Shown here: positions 23,130-36,587 of the stretch, piece by piece
Numbering within the stretch: position 1 is the stretch's first letter
Layout of the letters: each line of letters starts with the position of its first letter
Assembly (NCBI GenBank): GCA_965235115.1
Contig: OZ249436.1
Coordinates: 59,954,001-60,018,000, forward strand
Origin: Laetmonice hystrix
Taxonomy: Eukaryota
DNA: 64,000 bases
Reading direction: 5' to 3'
Translations under genes and position numbers: made by a program
The notes under the pieces: model-generated
Database searches by the model: none
What the model saw: only the letters and a program-made list of their open reading frames with translations
Told to the model about the DNA's origin: nothing

Positions 23130-25880
23130 ATGATATTGTGATACCGGAGACAATGAACGGGATGAAAGGGTCTAACTGCAGACCAGCATCACGGAGATGT
23201 GGGCGAGATATTTACAGAAATATTGTCGAGAACGTCCTCTCATTACAGCGACTGGAGGGCTGAATATCATTGGCGAAGCCAAAGTGACATTTCGACATAA
23301 CAGTGGGTTGAAATGCCAGGCCTCAGCGGTAATGTTCGAAGGAAATCACGGCAACAATAACTCGTGTAGAAATACTGGGAGCTGCATATTTCCTTCCATT
23401 TTGTCGATTGTCAAGCGTGTTTCAGTATTTGTTGGCAGCTTGTAATCACTTTCCGTAGATCTAAGTTTCGTATGTGAGAGAAGTAAACGTAGCTATTGAC
23501 AGTAACTGAGCCCACATTCGTAATCTTCCACTGGTCAACGTATAGTGGCAGAGTAATGTATGTCTGCATGTACTCTTCACTCCACGTCCCTGGATATCGT
23601 TCACACAGAGAGTACATGACCAACCCGTTGCTGCTTTAATAACACTTCCCATTATTCTTCTCAGGGAAATCAATTACTAGCAGTTCCAGAATATTCAACT
23701 ACAATTTGATTTTAATAATTTCACTGCAAATGCATTGAAAGGCGACGTTTGAATTGTCTGCTGCATGCTTTCGATGCAGACACCCATTTCTTGGAAGGGC
23801 TTTGGGAGATCGCTTTGTTCCCATTTTCTTGTAACCGGAATTCGCCATTAAAGTAATTCAATGAGAATTGATCTAGAGATGCACTTCTCCTGCTCATTTC
23901 TACCAATGGTGAAGTAGACATGCTTCCATTCTGATGAGACCAATCATCAGTTTCAGGATATATAATGGTTCTGAGCTGAGGACATCCCAGCGTACTCCAT
24001 TAAAGAAGCAGGATTGATTTAGTATTTTGCAGTACAATTAGATGTGCGCCTTTGAGACATCTAATGGAGAGCAAAGTTACTGTTCTCTTGCCTATAATGA
24101 ATGCGCGAAATATCCAGTGGCTTTAACTCCATTCTATGATAGAGTTATGGAGGCTATTCGCCCTATATAGGTTGTATTTATGGTATAGACAGTCCACAAC
24201 TTTATGACATTCATTTTTATGATCCATTATTAACTCCCAAGTCGTTCATTGATATTTCCCTCAACAAAATAGGGATAATTGGATGGCACTGGTTTTTTTA
24301 ATTGAAATTACTGTGACAATCCATGTGAAGTCATATCGGGATTGCTGGGCTGACCTGGTAAGGATTTGCCTGAAGGGGCGCCTACATTGAGAGTGGAAGG
24401 TCGGGACTGTAAACTTGATCACGGATTGACTTAAAGTAGTTGCTGTGGTAGAGCCTGTGTCTGTGAGCCGGTGGCGGGCCATGACATGGCCGAGGAGGTG
24501 GTGATATAATGAGTTGTGAGATGTGTCTCCCCCAGCACACAGACCGGAGCACGCCGTCCGACCCGATAGTAATCTGGCCGGCAGAGAACCAGGCCGCCCC
24601 CGTCTGAGACCAAACCCTCTATTGGGTACAGCCGAGATAATTAACTGGATCCCCCTCTCCGCCTGTACAAGACATGTGAGCTGGGCTTTGTTTCGAGAGG
24701 GCTACGCCTTCCTATGATAAGGCACCATTTTTAAAAAATCTACAGACAGGACAATTATGGGAGATTACTTAGTAGATTGAGCATCTGTCCGCGTTCGTGA
24801 CCTGTCCTGACTGAGTCACCTATCATGACTGTTCACTTATCAGAATATGGATGCAACTATGGTTTGAAGTCTGGACTAACTGATTTAAAAATGTGTTATG
24901 GTAACGATCATATAAGATATAGACTAATTCTGCTGGGATTGAACGTAGCTTGAGGACATCTTAACTTGCCTTTTATGGATCGTTGTTGTAAGTGTAATAT
25001 TCTTTAAGTGGGAGTGATGATGAAAGAGAGTCGTGCATATTCTAATGAGTTTCTTAGTAATATTGCCTGAAGATAGAGCGGGCCGTGTTGAACCGTTATA
25101 GTAGTAATTGTATTAATATTATCCCTCTTGAGGTCAGCAATGGGTGAAGTTAAGCATATTAATGAAACCCTCAGGGATTTGATGAGTGTCTGAATAAACA
25201 CGTATCCTTCAGCTTCGGCACGCTTAATATTTCTTTATATAGTTTAAGGAGGTCTTTTTACATATATGAGCGTGTGACTTTCAAAGTAGATTCAAGATGA
25301 GTGAAACCTCCGTAGGTAATAATGTACGTCATTGCGCAAGCCTTTATAGTGGATTACAATGAAAGATCCTTTAAGAGACTCATGTCGTAGGAAGCCAGTG
25401 TGCCGCTGATTACAACGTATAGAGGCTGAACACACCAACGGTTGGCGGTCAGGGACAGCCCCAACCCGCAGGAACAGTGACGGTTGGCGAACACATCAAG
25501 ACCTTGTGCCCAACTCGACTTTAATTCTCCCATCGACGTCTCGTGTCTGCACATACAAATAAAAACTGCGGTATGCTGGTGCAATGTGGCTTAAAATCTG
25601 AGGTAATTACAAGTGGTTTATAGCGAGAAATGCGGGAGCTACTGGTGATATGCTTGTTCATATTAACCGTCAGTGGATCCAGGGTCTCGTCCCGACTCAT
25701 CAGCATGCCAACGGGCCCGTGTCACAGCCTGGCGATCGATCTTGTGGCCAAATTTGGCTTTCTTCCTCAATCATTGCTGTTTATGGCGGGTAGGAACAAC
25801 GGACTGAAAATTGGTGGAAGTGTGATGAAAACAATTATAACACATTTATTGGGTTTGAGATCCAGTTTCATCATCTAGTT
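23130..25880 (+). mobile_element. Heavily decayed Gypsy/Ty3-type pol (protease, RT and integrase remnants in order)
   Basis: Protease-like CDTG (DTG at 23140-23148)...PLITATGGLNIIGEAKVTF. RT-like CAFETSNG..Y.SL.Y...YDRVMEAI (24042-24190). Integrase-like AHTNKNCGM...LKSEV..SGL*REMRELLVIC...MPTGPCHSLAIDL (25549 to about 25745). The order and 2.4-kb spacing fit Gypsy. No LTRs were recognised. Confidence 0.55.
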
Positions 25881-28800
25881 TGTACATTTCAGTTATGCAA
25901 ATGTTGAGGGGCATGATGAGTAGGACAAAGATCTGCTGATTCAAAGATCTGCTGATTCAAAATAGTTTAATGAGATTGCCCCATATAGGGACCATATGTC
26001 CACTTTATGGTGTTATTGTGATCACGTAAAAGTGTAGTGTGTTGCAAAACGGGGGGGGGGGGGCTATGGTTTGATAAATGACCAAATATAGGTAGGCATT
26101 GAAATGTAGAGCCCAAAGTCGTACTGTCCCTATGAATTCTCTATAATTCTATCGATTTTATTGATTACTTATAAAATATTTATGTAGTGAAAATAATTTG
26201 TTTTTAGAAGATTAGTGGAGAACTTTTTAGATTGATTTCCATATTGTTCTTGAGTGACATTGAAGCAGACAGGACGGCAAACCTACCGTATTACCATTAT
26301 CAAATAGACTGGAAAGTTTTCTTGGCTTTATTCATCCCTTCAGATGAAGTCTGACACGACCTTTTGTGTGTGTCTGCACGCAGATTTGCTATGAAGGTGT
26401 CGGTGGCCCTTTGGGAGGTCTTGAAGAAATGAGAAATTGTTCCACCAAACAGCCACAAAACCTGGAAGGGGGTTGGATAAGATTGGTGTCGGGCTGTCGA
26501 CAAATCCCTCGGCTAACTCCCAGTAATGAACTGGTCCCTGCCGGGCCCGTCGACACCGCCTGATGTAACGTGCCCACACCGGGACGGCGGACCAAACTCT
26601 CAACTCGGCGCCCACTGCAGCTCCGCTTCATAGAAAAATCACAGAAGAACGAGGGTAATATACTATAATGACAAGCAAGTGGTAAGACTGCACACGAGTG
26701 GCGCCTTGTAAACGTTGTAATCGTATCTCTTTGGGGACGTCAGTGGCTTGGAAAAAATGAAAGTCGGTTTGCACTAAACTATGGGTTCCTTTGCCGGGAG
26801 ACGATGATACTGGGAGATAATTACTCTCAACCCGATACAAGGTTTGTTTGCCGCTAGGCTGCGCATACCTAGGTTGGTTCCGCCTGGTTTTTCATAGGTG
26901 GACTTCACCTTGGTTACAGGAGTTAGACTTCTTTGAGTCTGCCACTCACCTGAATCTATTGTCTTTGATGTTGATTGTCATAGAGCACCAGTTACTGAGA
27001 CTGATGTCAGCAAACGGTAATCCATGCATGAAGACAAATATAGACCTCCACATTCCCGACTGTCTGGCGCGATACACAGACGGAAAGGACCTGGCTCGAT
27101 CAGCGGCTAATCTCTACAGGTGGCGTATAGGCGGGCGACCACCTGAACGACTAGAACGTTTAGGTTAAACTAGCCGGGATTTGCCTAAAGCGATGTGTGA
27201 TACGATACTAAGTCGTTTGGCAGTTCCAAAACCGACGCAGTGGAGCGCCAGGACTAGAACTTACACCTACCAGCAAATATGCAAGTCTAGCGGAATCTCT
27301 GCAACCTGCAGATCTCCTTTTAAAGTAGGAATAATATTTTGAAATTTCATACATGAATTTGAATTTTGAACGTTAAAGTAAATGAGTTGATGCTATGTTT
27401 TATGACGATTCATTAAGCAGGCATTTCATACCCATTCGTTTACATTAGTAAAATATTAGTAAATGACATTTTAGACTAATTTCCGCCAAAGATTTTCTTT
27501 CACGTTCTGCTTTTAAATTAAATGTTAAATATTTGAAGCATGAGAGTACATGATTTTAACAACAGCGTTCTGATCAACATGTGAATAGAAAGTCATCATT
27601 AGGCCACACCGGTCCTATAATACCTCGATATTCCTCAAGGTCTGGTAATGCCACCAATTTATGGTTGCCTTGCCGTAATTGGCCAGGCAATACGGCACGG
27701 GCCGCAAGGAATAAATCTCCCACCAGTTGACCCGGCAGTTGGTTTCCTAAATGAGCTCCAATTACGTGGTTCATCGCAGGAAAGTCGTCCGTCCGCTGGA
27801 ATCTTTGGGGCGCCACGAACGGATCGTCTGTGGAAGATTTCACTTCTTTGAAACATCTTCATCCTTCACGAAGAATCGCTTTTATTTTGAAGCTTTTATT
27901 CCCTACAGATATGGGGAATATTGTGAAATTGGAGACCCCATGTTGAGCAGACAATTCTGACAAGCAAGTTGAGAGTATCTTTGCCTGTGTAATGGAGAAA
28001 CCTTTTAATCTGTTAGAAAATGTAGGGTTTCGGATGGGGAATATATTTTTATTAGGGGGATTCCTCCCGCCCTATTCCGTACGCCTCTATATTGTAAAAA
28101 ACAATATTGTTATAGTCTGTAGTGATATAGATAAATAGCCGGAAAGGAGAAAGGTTACATTTCCTTGTTGTAAAGTAGGTTCCTCATCTATCAAAGTCCA
28201 ATCAGAGTGAAGTATATATGCCCTCAGCTATGAAGTAGCTGATTGAGAAGGCAACATTACTGTATAGGTAGAGGGACCCGTAGACAAGGTCTTGGCGCCT
28301 TGTCTGGGACTGATGTATATCCACTGAAATGGCGACCCAGCGGTTCTGTATTTGGTTAAAACTGGGAAAACACCCAGCAATTTACCCAGCAAACTGCCAT
28401 TGCGGTATGTGAGGGTATTAGTAATGGGATCTCGCTCCCACTAGGAGAATGTGTTATGACCATACTGCCAGTAACAATGCTGCACAGGAAGTCCTGGTGC
28501 GTCGTTCCCCGAGCAATAGGGAAGGTGGTGTTACCTCGGACGGGGGTGTTTTGTTCATACACCCTTATTGCCAGGGTGTATATTGGGAAACTGTCTGCCA
28601 GTTCAAACACTTCCAATACGGTGTGTTCATTTTGGTATCTGCCGGAAAGTAAATATCGTCTGATCATGATTGATTCCATAAATACTGAGGTTACAAATTT
28701 AATATCAGCAAGACTCACACCCATAAAAAGTTTCTATCCGGAGCTTTCAGCCCAGGGTGAACAAGTCAGTTTCCTCCAAACGGACAGTAAAAAATGCCAT

Positions 28801-30904
28801 TCTCAAATTTAAAAAGGCTGTCTACCCCATTCAAAACTGCACAGTCGTCAGATATATTAGTTTCATGCCCGCTGATTGCATACATTGGTCTATTGACTCT
28901 TACGCCGGTTGTGCTGCCTAGATTATACAGTTGCAAATAGCACCAAATGCAGATTGATGTACACGTTAGATTGGTAATCACGTGGGAGTTCCACATTGTA
29001 TGGTAGTACGGTATTGGCAAGCGACCAACATCATGTCGGTAAGGGCATACACTTAAAGGAAAATGCTTCAGCTAAATATTCTAGTTATTGAAAAAGTTAA
29101 AATAGAATTACTAACTTCACAACCTCGTAGTCGAGTGAAATATGGTTTATACAAATCACTTATTCGAGCAAGCACTTTGGGTTGGTTAGCCTGGGCATAG
29201 GCTAATAATAGGTCTGTATACCATATGGCACTTGCTTAGAGCTCTCCAACAAGATTTCCAGCCCTTTAAGGAAGTTTTACGAAACTTCTCAGGAAAAGCT
29301 CATAGTCTGTTATTGCATTACCAATAAGTTGAATGGCTCTGAAATGTTAAGACGGCTCTGTCAGAAACAGATACGTTGATTCCGGGGCAGGCCTGTCTTT
29401 TAGTCACAGCGCTGGATTCAATCATCGCCGCTGATCTGATCTGCAGGGATGCATCATTCTCAACAACAAAGATCCATCAAGGATGCTGCAGAGGAGGAGT
29501 GTCTCCTCTCCGGCCGGAGATCAATGTCCAGGTTTGGTCCTCGGGGGGCCACGCCTGCAGCCATTGGCTGACCCAGTTAATATACAGGCTCCTCCAGTGG
29601 GGTCACACGAGCAGGAGTTGCCCGGTCTGGAGGCCTCCCCAAACACACTGGAGTTTGGACCTGAAACAAACCAAACGGAGCAGGGCAGACGACAATGGTT
29701 TGTGTTTGGCGAGTCTGATTGAGTGGCCTTTGCTGGCCCTCATGTGTTAACGCTTCCAATGGAATGGCCAAGCGACACTCTTAACATTACGCCTTTTTTT
29801 GAGGGGCACCGCGAAGAAAAGCAATTGGTTTTCTTGCACCAGATTTTACAATCGCCACCACTCTAGCAGCTAATGTAGCTAGTCTGCATCTACAGGTGAA
29901 ACCTAGTAAACAAACGAATATCATGCAACTTGTAATTAGTTCTTGCTCTTCTTTTCTGTGCTGTTGGGTGCTTCCAATATCTCCAGTTTTTCCAATATCT
30001 CTGAGACAGCCCCATCGAACACAATTGTACAAGTTAAAAGTATTAACACATAAGACTAATATCATTATTTTGGCCAAAAGACTTTGCACGATGAAAGACA
30101 ACCATTTGATGTATTTACAATACAAAGAATCAATCTGTATTGACATTAGGAAACAGGTAAGGGAAATGACAAGCTGAACTCCCAATGTGTTGAAGGCATG
30201 TAGAAGAGCGGTGAGGGGGACCAGATGTGACAGCCTTGTCATCAAGAGAGAGGTGCGTGCTGTTGGGCACCCTCCATACAACTGTCAGGTAATTGCTCAG
30301 TCGGAGACAGTTGCTCTCAGTCTCTCTCATGGAGTTGTCAAAATACAATCTGCATGGAATTATGCATGTCTCCTGAATCCTTTTTTCTGAATGATGCCAT
30401 AGAGTTATGATCTTCTTCTAGTTTCTTGGCGTTGAAACTTCTCAACCGGTGCATTTGCGTCGGCCTAGTCTCTAATTTTGTGTGGCAAATAGGCAATGTA
30501 GAGCATATGAGAATATGCAGAGCATATCATCGTTACAAGATGATCAAGGTTACACAAGAAGGGCAGGCTTAGATGACGCCGACCCCACCCTCCTACACAT
30601 GTCACCCAGCAACCATTATACCGCTCCGTCATGCTGAGAGATACCGACTGTACCAGGAAAGATGTTCACGATACAACCATGGTATCTATACACGAATATA
30701 GATTTGCTTCTAGACGCAACCATTGCCTAAAGACGTCCCCCCCATTCAATCGCAAGATGCCGTGGCGTGCCTTGGGGGTCTAGGGTGCGGTAGGCTAAGC
30801 TTGTTACTGACACTGAAGAACGTCTGTCCGAGTGACGGTTGTCTTCGCAGATTGACATAGCGACCACGCTCGGCCAGGTTTCGTCATTGACAGGAGCAGG
30901 TGAG

Positions 30905-31488
30905 GAGTATAAATGACGCCCAGGGAAGCGTGGATGACCTGGACTAGAAGGCTACCACTGCCGCCCGTGTGGCAAGACCGACTCGGCGTTAATCAAGCGT
31001 GCTAAGTGCTCACTCACACAACTCGCGACAAACAAAACCTGCCGCTTGGAACGAGCACTTGGGAGGAGAAGCACACCGGGTAGTCGCGATGGAGAGGTTG
31101 AGAGGTTAAAAGTGTAGACAAAAATACTGGGAATACTGGAGAAAACGACAGATTAACCCGTCAGATGCACGGATTTCAAGATTTCTTGTGATGGCACTGC
31201 ATGAGCCGACTGAGATGGTCTTTTACTGCGGATTAGGCGAAGAAACAGCAAAACAACAATTAGGGGAACCTGCCTAAATTGGATTATAGTACTTGTATTT
31301 AGTGTCCATGTCTGATCGCGATCTTATTCTCTCAGTCCATATTACATTGAAGTGGGGGATCAAGGATTTTGATAGGGGGGGGGGGGGGGGCACCAAATAA
31401 TTTCCGATTTCAAGATTTTGTTTGCACGGTGGCAATGGTAACCTTCTAGTCCAGGTCACCTACGCTTCCCTGGGCGTCGTTTATACTC
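30905..31488. mobile_element. About 64-bp inverted repeat pair (30905-30969 and 31425-31488) enclosing about 455 bp; possible MITE or two opposed copies of one repeat
   Basis: Left: gagtataaatgacgcccagggaagcgtggatgacctggactagaaggctaccactgccgcccgtg. Right, reverse-complemented: gagtataaacgacgcccagggaagcgtaggtgacctggactagaaggttaccattgccaccgtg. No clear TSD. Confidence 0.7.
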
Positions 31489-33004
31489 ATGACCTCCCCC
31501 TTGCCCCCCCCCCTGGATCCCCCAGTGCATTGCAAAAGAAATTCACCTCAGAACAACACACGATGTGAATTATAAATAGAAGAAATCACGGTAACAGGCA
31601 TCAACAAGTGGATATCGCCCCCATCCCGGCCATGTCGCCCACAAGCCTGCCAGAAAGAGCTGAATCTATGATTGTGTATTTTAACCAGGCACCAACGATT
31701 ATATTATTGATTAAACTTCACTGAGCAAAAGTCAGTGGAAAGCCTATGAATAAAATGACTGCACCGGGTATTTAAAATATATTCTACTTTGATGGGAAAT
31801 TAATATGAGACTTTAGGTGGATTGATAAGTGAGGAAGGTTAGTGGGTCAGAGGGATAGGATGGAATGATGACAAGGCGCTTGAAGCTACCACAGAGATAG
31901 AGGATAGCAAATAGATCATGGCCTGAAACAAGGGAGCATTTAATGAGAAATACAAGTTTTAAACATCAGCATTATCCAGTGTTTGGTCTCGTGTCTTGTG
32001 TAAACGTTGTTAGAATGTTATCATTGTGGGAAAATGTGAAGAAACAGATTTTTATTAATTTCAATTTTCCTATGACTACGGTATTCTTCCATCAGGTAAT
32101 CTAATTTTTTAACTAGATCGGTGCGATCAGAAATTTCAGGCCCGTCTTTATCATTATCTTCTCGTTCACTTGTGGATAAGGATTGAAAAGGAAGGCTTTA
32201 TTCTTTTATGAAGTTTGAAAGATTATCTTTTTCCATGTGAACAGCCTGTCGTCGAACATTTATCAAACATTGGCGTCGGCAGCCTCTGTTTTCAAGCGTA
32301 ATGTTTGAAGTTCTTTTATGACAAAGAACACTATTTTTTAAATGACGACCATCTTGTTGCCAGGACAAGTGTAATCTTAAATTTAAATTCCTGCCACTCA
32401 ATCGTAGCCCACTGTGTGTGGGATCTATGTCTGGGTGGGAAATTGTGTGGGATTTAGTCTTTTTTCTCTCCCACCTTACTCTGGCGCCTTTCACTGCACA
32501 TCCCATAATAGCCATCGTTACAAATATCACATTTTGGATTTCTTTTATCGGATTATGAGGAGGCTTTTCTGAACCATTTAAAGTGTGCCCTAAGTCGATT
32601 ACATGATAGGGTGTAGTGGTACAAATAGTGCAACCAGAATATGAAATCAGCACATCTGTTAAGCGTACTATTAAATGCCCCAAAGTGACTTTCGTGCCAT
32701 GTACAATGTGCTCAATATGGAATTGGCAGTTTTAAGTCTGCGAGGCAAACCGACACTCGCGGTAGGCTAATGTCGCTGTCAGGGGATGGAACATCGATCT
32801 CACTAAGCTTAGCGTTAATCTCCTACAAGGGAACCATGTTTTCAGTGTAAGTTAGGGATTAGAAAAAAACTGCAGTGGTTTTAAGTTCCTTATCACCCCT
32901 GTATAGGTGATAGGCCATGTCCTTCGTTAGTCTCCACCTATTCCTTAACATTTATCCCGCAAAGACGTCTTTCCAAAGACGTCTTTGCTAAAGACGTCTG
33001 TCGT

Positions 33005-33135
33005 NNNNNNNNNNNNNNNNNNNNNNNNNNNNNNNNNNNNNNNNNNNNNNNNNNNNNNNNNNNNNNNNNNNNNNNNNNNNNNNNNNNNNNNNNNNNNNNN
33101 NNNNNNNNNNNNNNNNNNNNNNNNNNNNNNNNNNN
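33005..33135. other. Assembly gap of 131 N
   Basis: The N run is immediately preceded by three imperfect aaagacgtct(tt) units at about 32960-33000. Confidence 1.
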
Positions 33136-36100
33136 GTCGCGGTTTCTATCTATATGCTAATACTCCCGAGGTCCACCAGGTTAGACCCAATGCATGTTTG
33201 ACAATGGTGTTGATAATTTGCATTTTGTGTTAATGCAAGATATGACTGCGTCATACAGTTAGAAGGGTTTCCGTTGCGAGGTCACTAGACCAAGCATGAA
33301 CCTGAGTCCTCTGAGACATTTTCCGTTTGGAAACAATTCCGGCAGAGACGACTCGTGTGATTATCAAATAATGGAAATGTTACACTTGGTAGCCTCTATG
33401 TATCACAAGCTCTGATTTACCAGACGTTTTTTGGACGACCACCGTAGCAGTAAAATGTACCTTGCACTCCTTTTGATCAATATTAATCAAGAAGTATTTC
33501 GTGACTAAATCGATCGGGCTGAAGTAACATTTGTGAAATGTTCTATTAATGACGGTGACGGCGTTTTATGGGACAGTGTCGGCAAATGAATAATTGCGTT
33601 ATAGGGACCGATATAAGGCAAGCCCAGACATATTGAATAGAAAGCAGGCCTTTTGTTCTTAGTAGAACAATAACATTGTTGGTGACACCAAGATCTAGGA
33701 CCTGAGCGGTTTTGTATCGAATGGGAAGAGCAATAGTTATGATTACTGCCTTCCTTTTAACTCTAATGGAGACCGATCGTTTACTGAAGGATAATATCAT
33801 TTTATACAGGAATTAACATTAACCCCTTTACCGTACCACGTCGAAGAAAGATTTTTTTTTCTTCTTTAAAGGTCAGAATGATAGAAACAATAATAACGTT
33901 TGTCCATGATAATATCGTTGGGTATGAAATTTTGAAGCTTCATACACGATTGATTTGAACAACAATGTTTTTCAGTAAAAATGCGAATTTTCTGTACAGA
34001 AATCTGAAGATGGAGGAGAGTCACAAGAGATATTTGTTTCTCTTGTTTAAAATGCACAGCATGTCATTTGTAGTGAAAGTTGAGTTATTTCAAGAAGCAA
34101 GTTAGTTGTATCTTGAATGAAAATGGTGGATGCCTCAGACCTGATGAAGAGTTATTGCCGAAGGTAGTAATTGGTGCCAAAGGCGTTGTACTTATGGAAT
34201 GTGCAGAGACCAAAGATTGAGGTCAGAACGTATTTAGCTCTAGGCTAATTTTGTGGCAGTGAAGGGGAAATCTTTCAGCATCCCCTGCGCCTGCTTCACA
34301 CATGGATAGCCTCAGATCAACTCCAATTAACATGCCTTTGACAATCTCTGCTGGCGGCAATGTCTGGCTTCTGTCAACAAAGACTGCACTTTTAGGCCCG
34401 GCCTTTCCTATAAGTTGAAGTATGCTGACGTCCTTAGTAAAACACAGTAAGTGTCATTTTGACTAAAACTGGTCGAGAACATTTTTTTCTTCGTACAAGC
34501 GGTGCATTTCAGATGACTGGGATTTTCAGATTAATAAATATAATCTCAAAGCATTACGTGGTAAGAAAACTGAGAGATTTAAAAAATAAAATTAACATGA
34601 AATTTTATTTCTTTTATTAACTTTGATGTATAATTCTCTTTGATCTGCGTCAGCGTCAGTGCAACTGTTCATGTGAAGAGAATAGTTTCGACCTAAATCC
34701 CCTGAACAACAGATCAATAATGCACTGATCTAATTATATACCATGTAAAACGTCATATCACAATATTGTTCATAGGCAAGTAGTGGTGTTGTTTTATGCC
34801 ATGCCATGAAAGGGAAGTGCATGTGCGATCTATTTTCCACCTTTCCTGGCATCCACCATCCACCATTTAAACCCAGAACACCATTTCTAAAAATGAACTA
34901 AAAAGTATTGTGGTCTGGCCTTGCAGTAGTACAATAGTATTATTATGGTTCAAGGTTGATTCTGGCATAATAGGAGTAAGCTTGAGCTGAAATGGCCATG
35001 TGCTGTATCCGGCATCGTTCATTAGACGCAAAGGCAAAAGAGAGAAACGAAAACATTGAAAGTGTGCCAGTACCAAGCTGGGTGTTCGTTGTTTTCTGTG
35101 TATGATGATTCGTGAAAAGATAAAGCATTCTTTTCTTGCCGTTGCAGACGTTGTATCTATTCCGATGAAACGTTAATGAGAATACATTCCTGCCTTACTT
35201 CAAAGAACATGAAGAATGACCAAAAAACGTCAGCAGATTAATTTTCTATTATGTTTACTGATTACTATGGTCACGTTCTTTCATTCTGTGTGAGTCATAA
35301 AGAGGAACGTTTGAGAGCGGTTGCTTTGACTTACTCACAAACTTGTCCTACTCAGGAAGTAATTACTTTGTGTCATGACAGACGAAAAAGAGCCTTTCCT
35401 GTGCGAGTAACAAGGAGAACCCTCGAGTATTTCAGAGGGCTATGACCCGGCAATTATCTCTCCAGCCCCGAAGGCCGTTTCTTCAAAGGGCAGCACTTTA
35501 TTGGCAAACATAAAGATCCGTCCACTGATGAATGTACTTCAGTACGTGAGGTACGGCTAAACCAGGGATATCTGAAATGGTACGGCCAATGCTGAGAGAC
35601 TCCCACCTTCCCATTCACCAAACCTCCATTTGAAAAGAAAGTGTTTTCTACTCCTGACCTTAAACATTGATGGAAGCCATTGGCTACAAAGTCGATACAT
35701 GTACAATAATGTGTATATTATATATATGTGCGCGGTGGTGTTAATGTTTCGACACCCACCAAGTAATACTCTAAGGTAATGGCAGTCGGCGGAAGTAAGA
35801 ACCGATTCGGTCCCCGCAGCAAGGAAGAATCTTAGATCGCGTGTTAAGGAGTAATTCATCACACGTTGATGTCAGCATCCGTTATTGGAGAACCCTGTTG
35901 GACCCGAATTATCTGCCGTGTCTGCAGTGATGACACAGTCCCTCTCCCAACGACTGACCTACATTTGAGGTTGCCCCTCAAACACAGCTCTCTCCATTAT
36001 TTACGACCTTGAGGATTGGCAGAGGCGGGCTACGAGTGACCAAAGTGGTCTCTGTGTACCAGTGGTCAGCAAACAGTTCAGCCTGTCTCGGCAGATGCTT

Positions 36101-36561
36101 AATGGCAATATTTGACACATGTACACTTAAAAGATGCAGTTTTTCGATCAATAAGTGACCTCATCTACTCAATGTTTCGACATTTAATTGTGTAGTTACC
36201 TTTATAAGGTGAATTGAGACCAGATATTACAAAAGGCTGGCACAGAATTCCATTTGAAATGACTGTTTTGCTTTGATAATATATGAATCTGTTGGCATTT
36301 GCACAGCGCATACTTTTCATGCTAATGATGTGGTTTTTTTCAAGTACTTACGCAACCTTAGACCTCTGTTAACCTCATTGAAATTATAGCAGAGTGGATT
36401 AAACACCAGTATGAATGCAAGGTGCCTCGAGGTCGTGAAATGTTAGATCGTTGGTTAATGCCTCTTTATTCTGGTTATTTATTGTTTTAATTTCTACCTC
36501 CTTGAGATAATCCCAGAGTTATATGAGTATCAGTTATAATAAATGCCTCTTACTTTTGCAG

Positions 36562-36587
36562 GAAACACAACAAGAAGAGATGACAAA
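36562..36587 (+). CDS. AP1AR: AP1AR-like micro-exon, 26 nt, phase 0 to 2: ETQQEEMT(N)
   Basis: aaatgcctcttacttttgcag|GAAACACAACAAGAAGAGATGACAAA|gtaagt. It was the only strong-site exon I found that converts phase 0 (after FENLMDD) to phase 2 (needed by the 63190 exon). The peptide itself is not conserved, so support comes from splice sites and phase. Confidence 0.78.

Noticed and set aside
25670-25712. Minus-strand CTGATGAGTCGGGACGAGAC resembling a hammerhead ribozyme core
   Set aside because: GAGA replaces GAAA, stems I and III do not form, and it overlaps the integrase remnant. Other CTGATGA sites also lacked a hammerhead fold.
32198-32683. 161-aa minus ORF and a Cys/His-rich neighbouring frame (NPKCDIC)
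   Set aside because: No recognisable domain; the LINE-end resemblance is interrupted by stops and is too vague.
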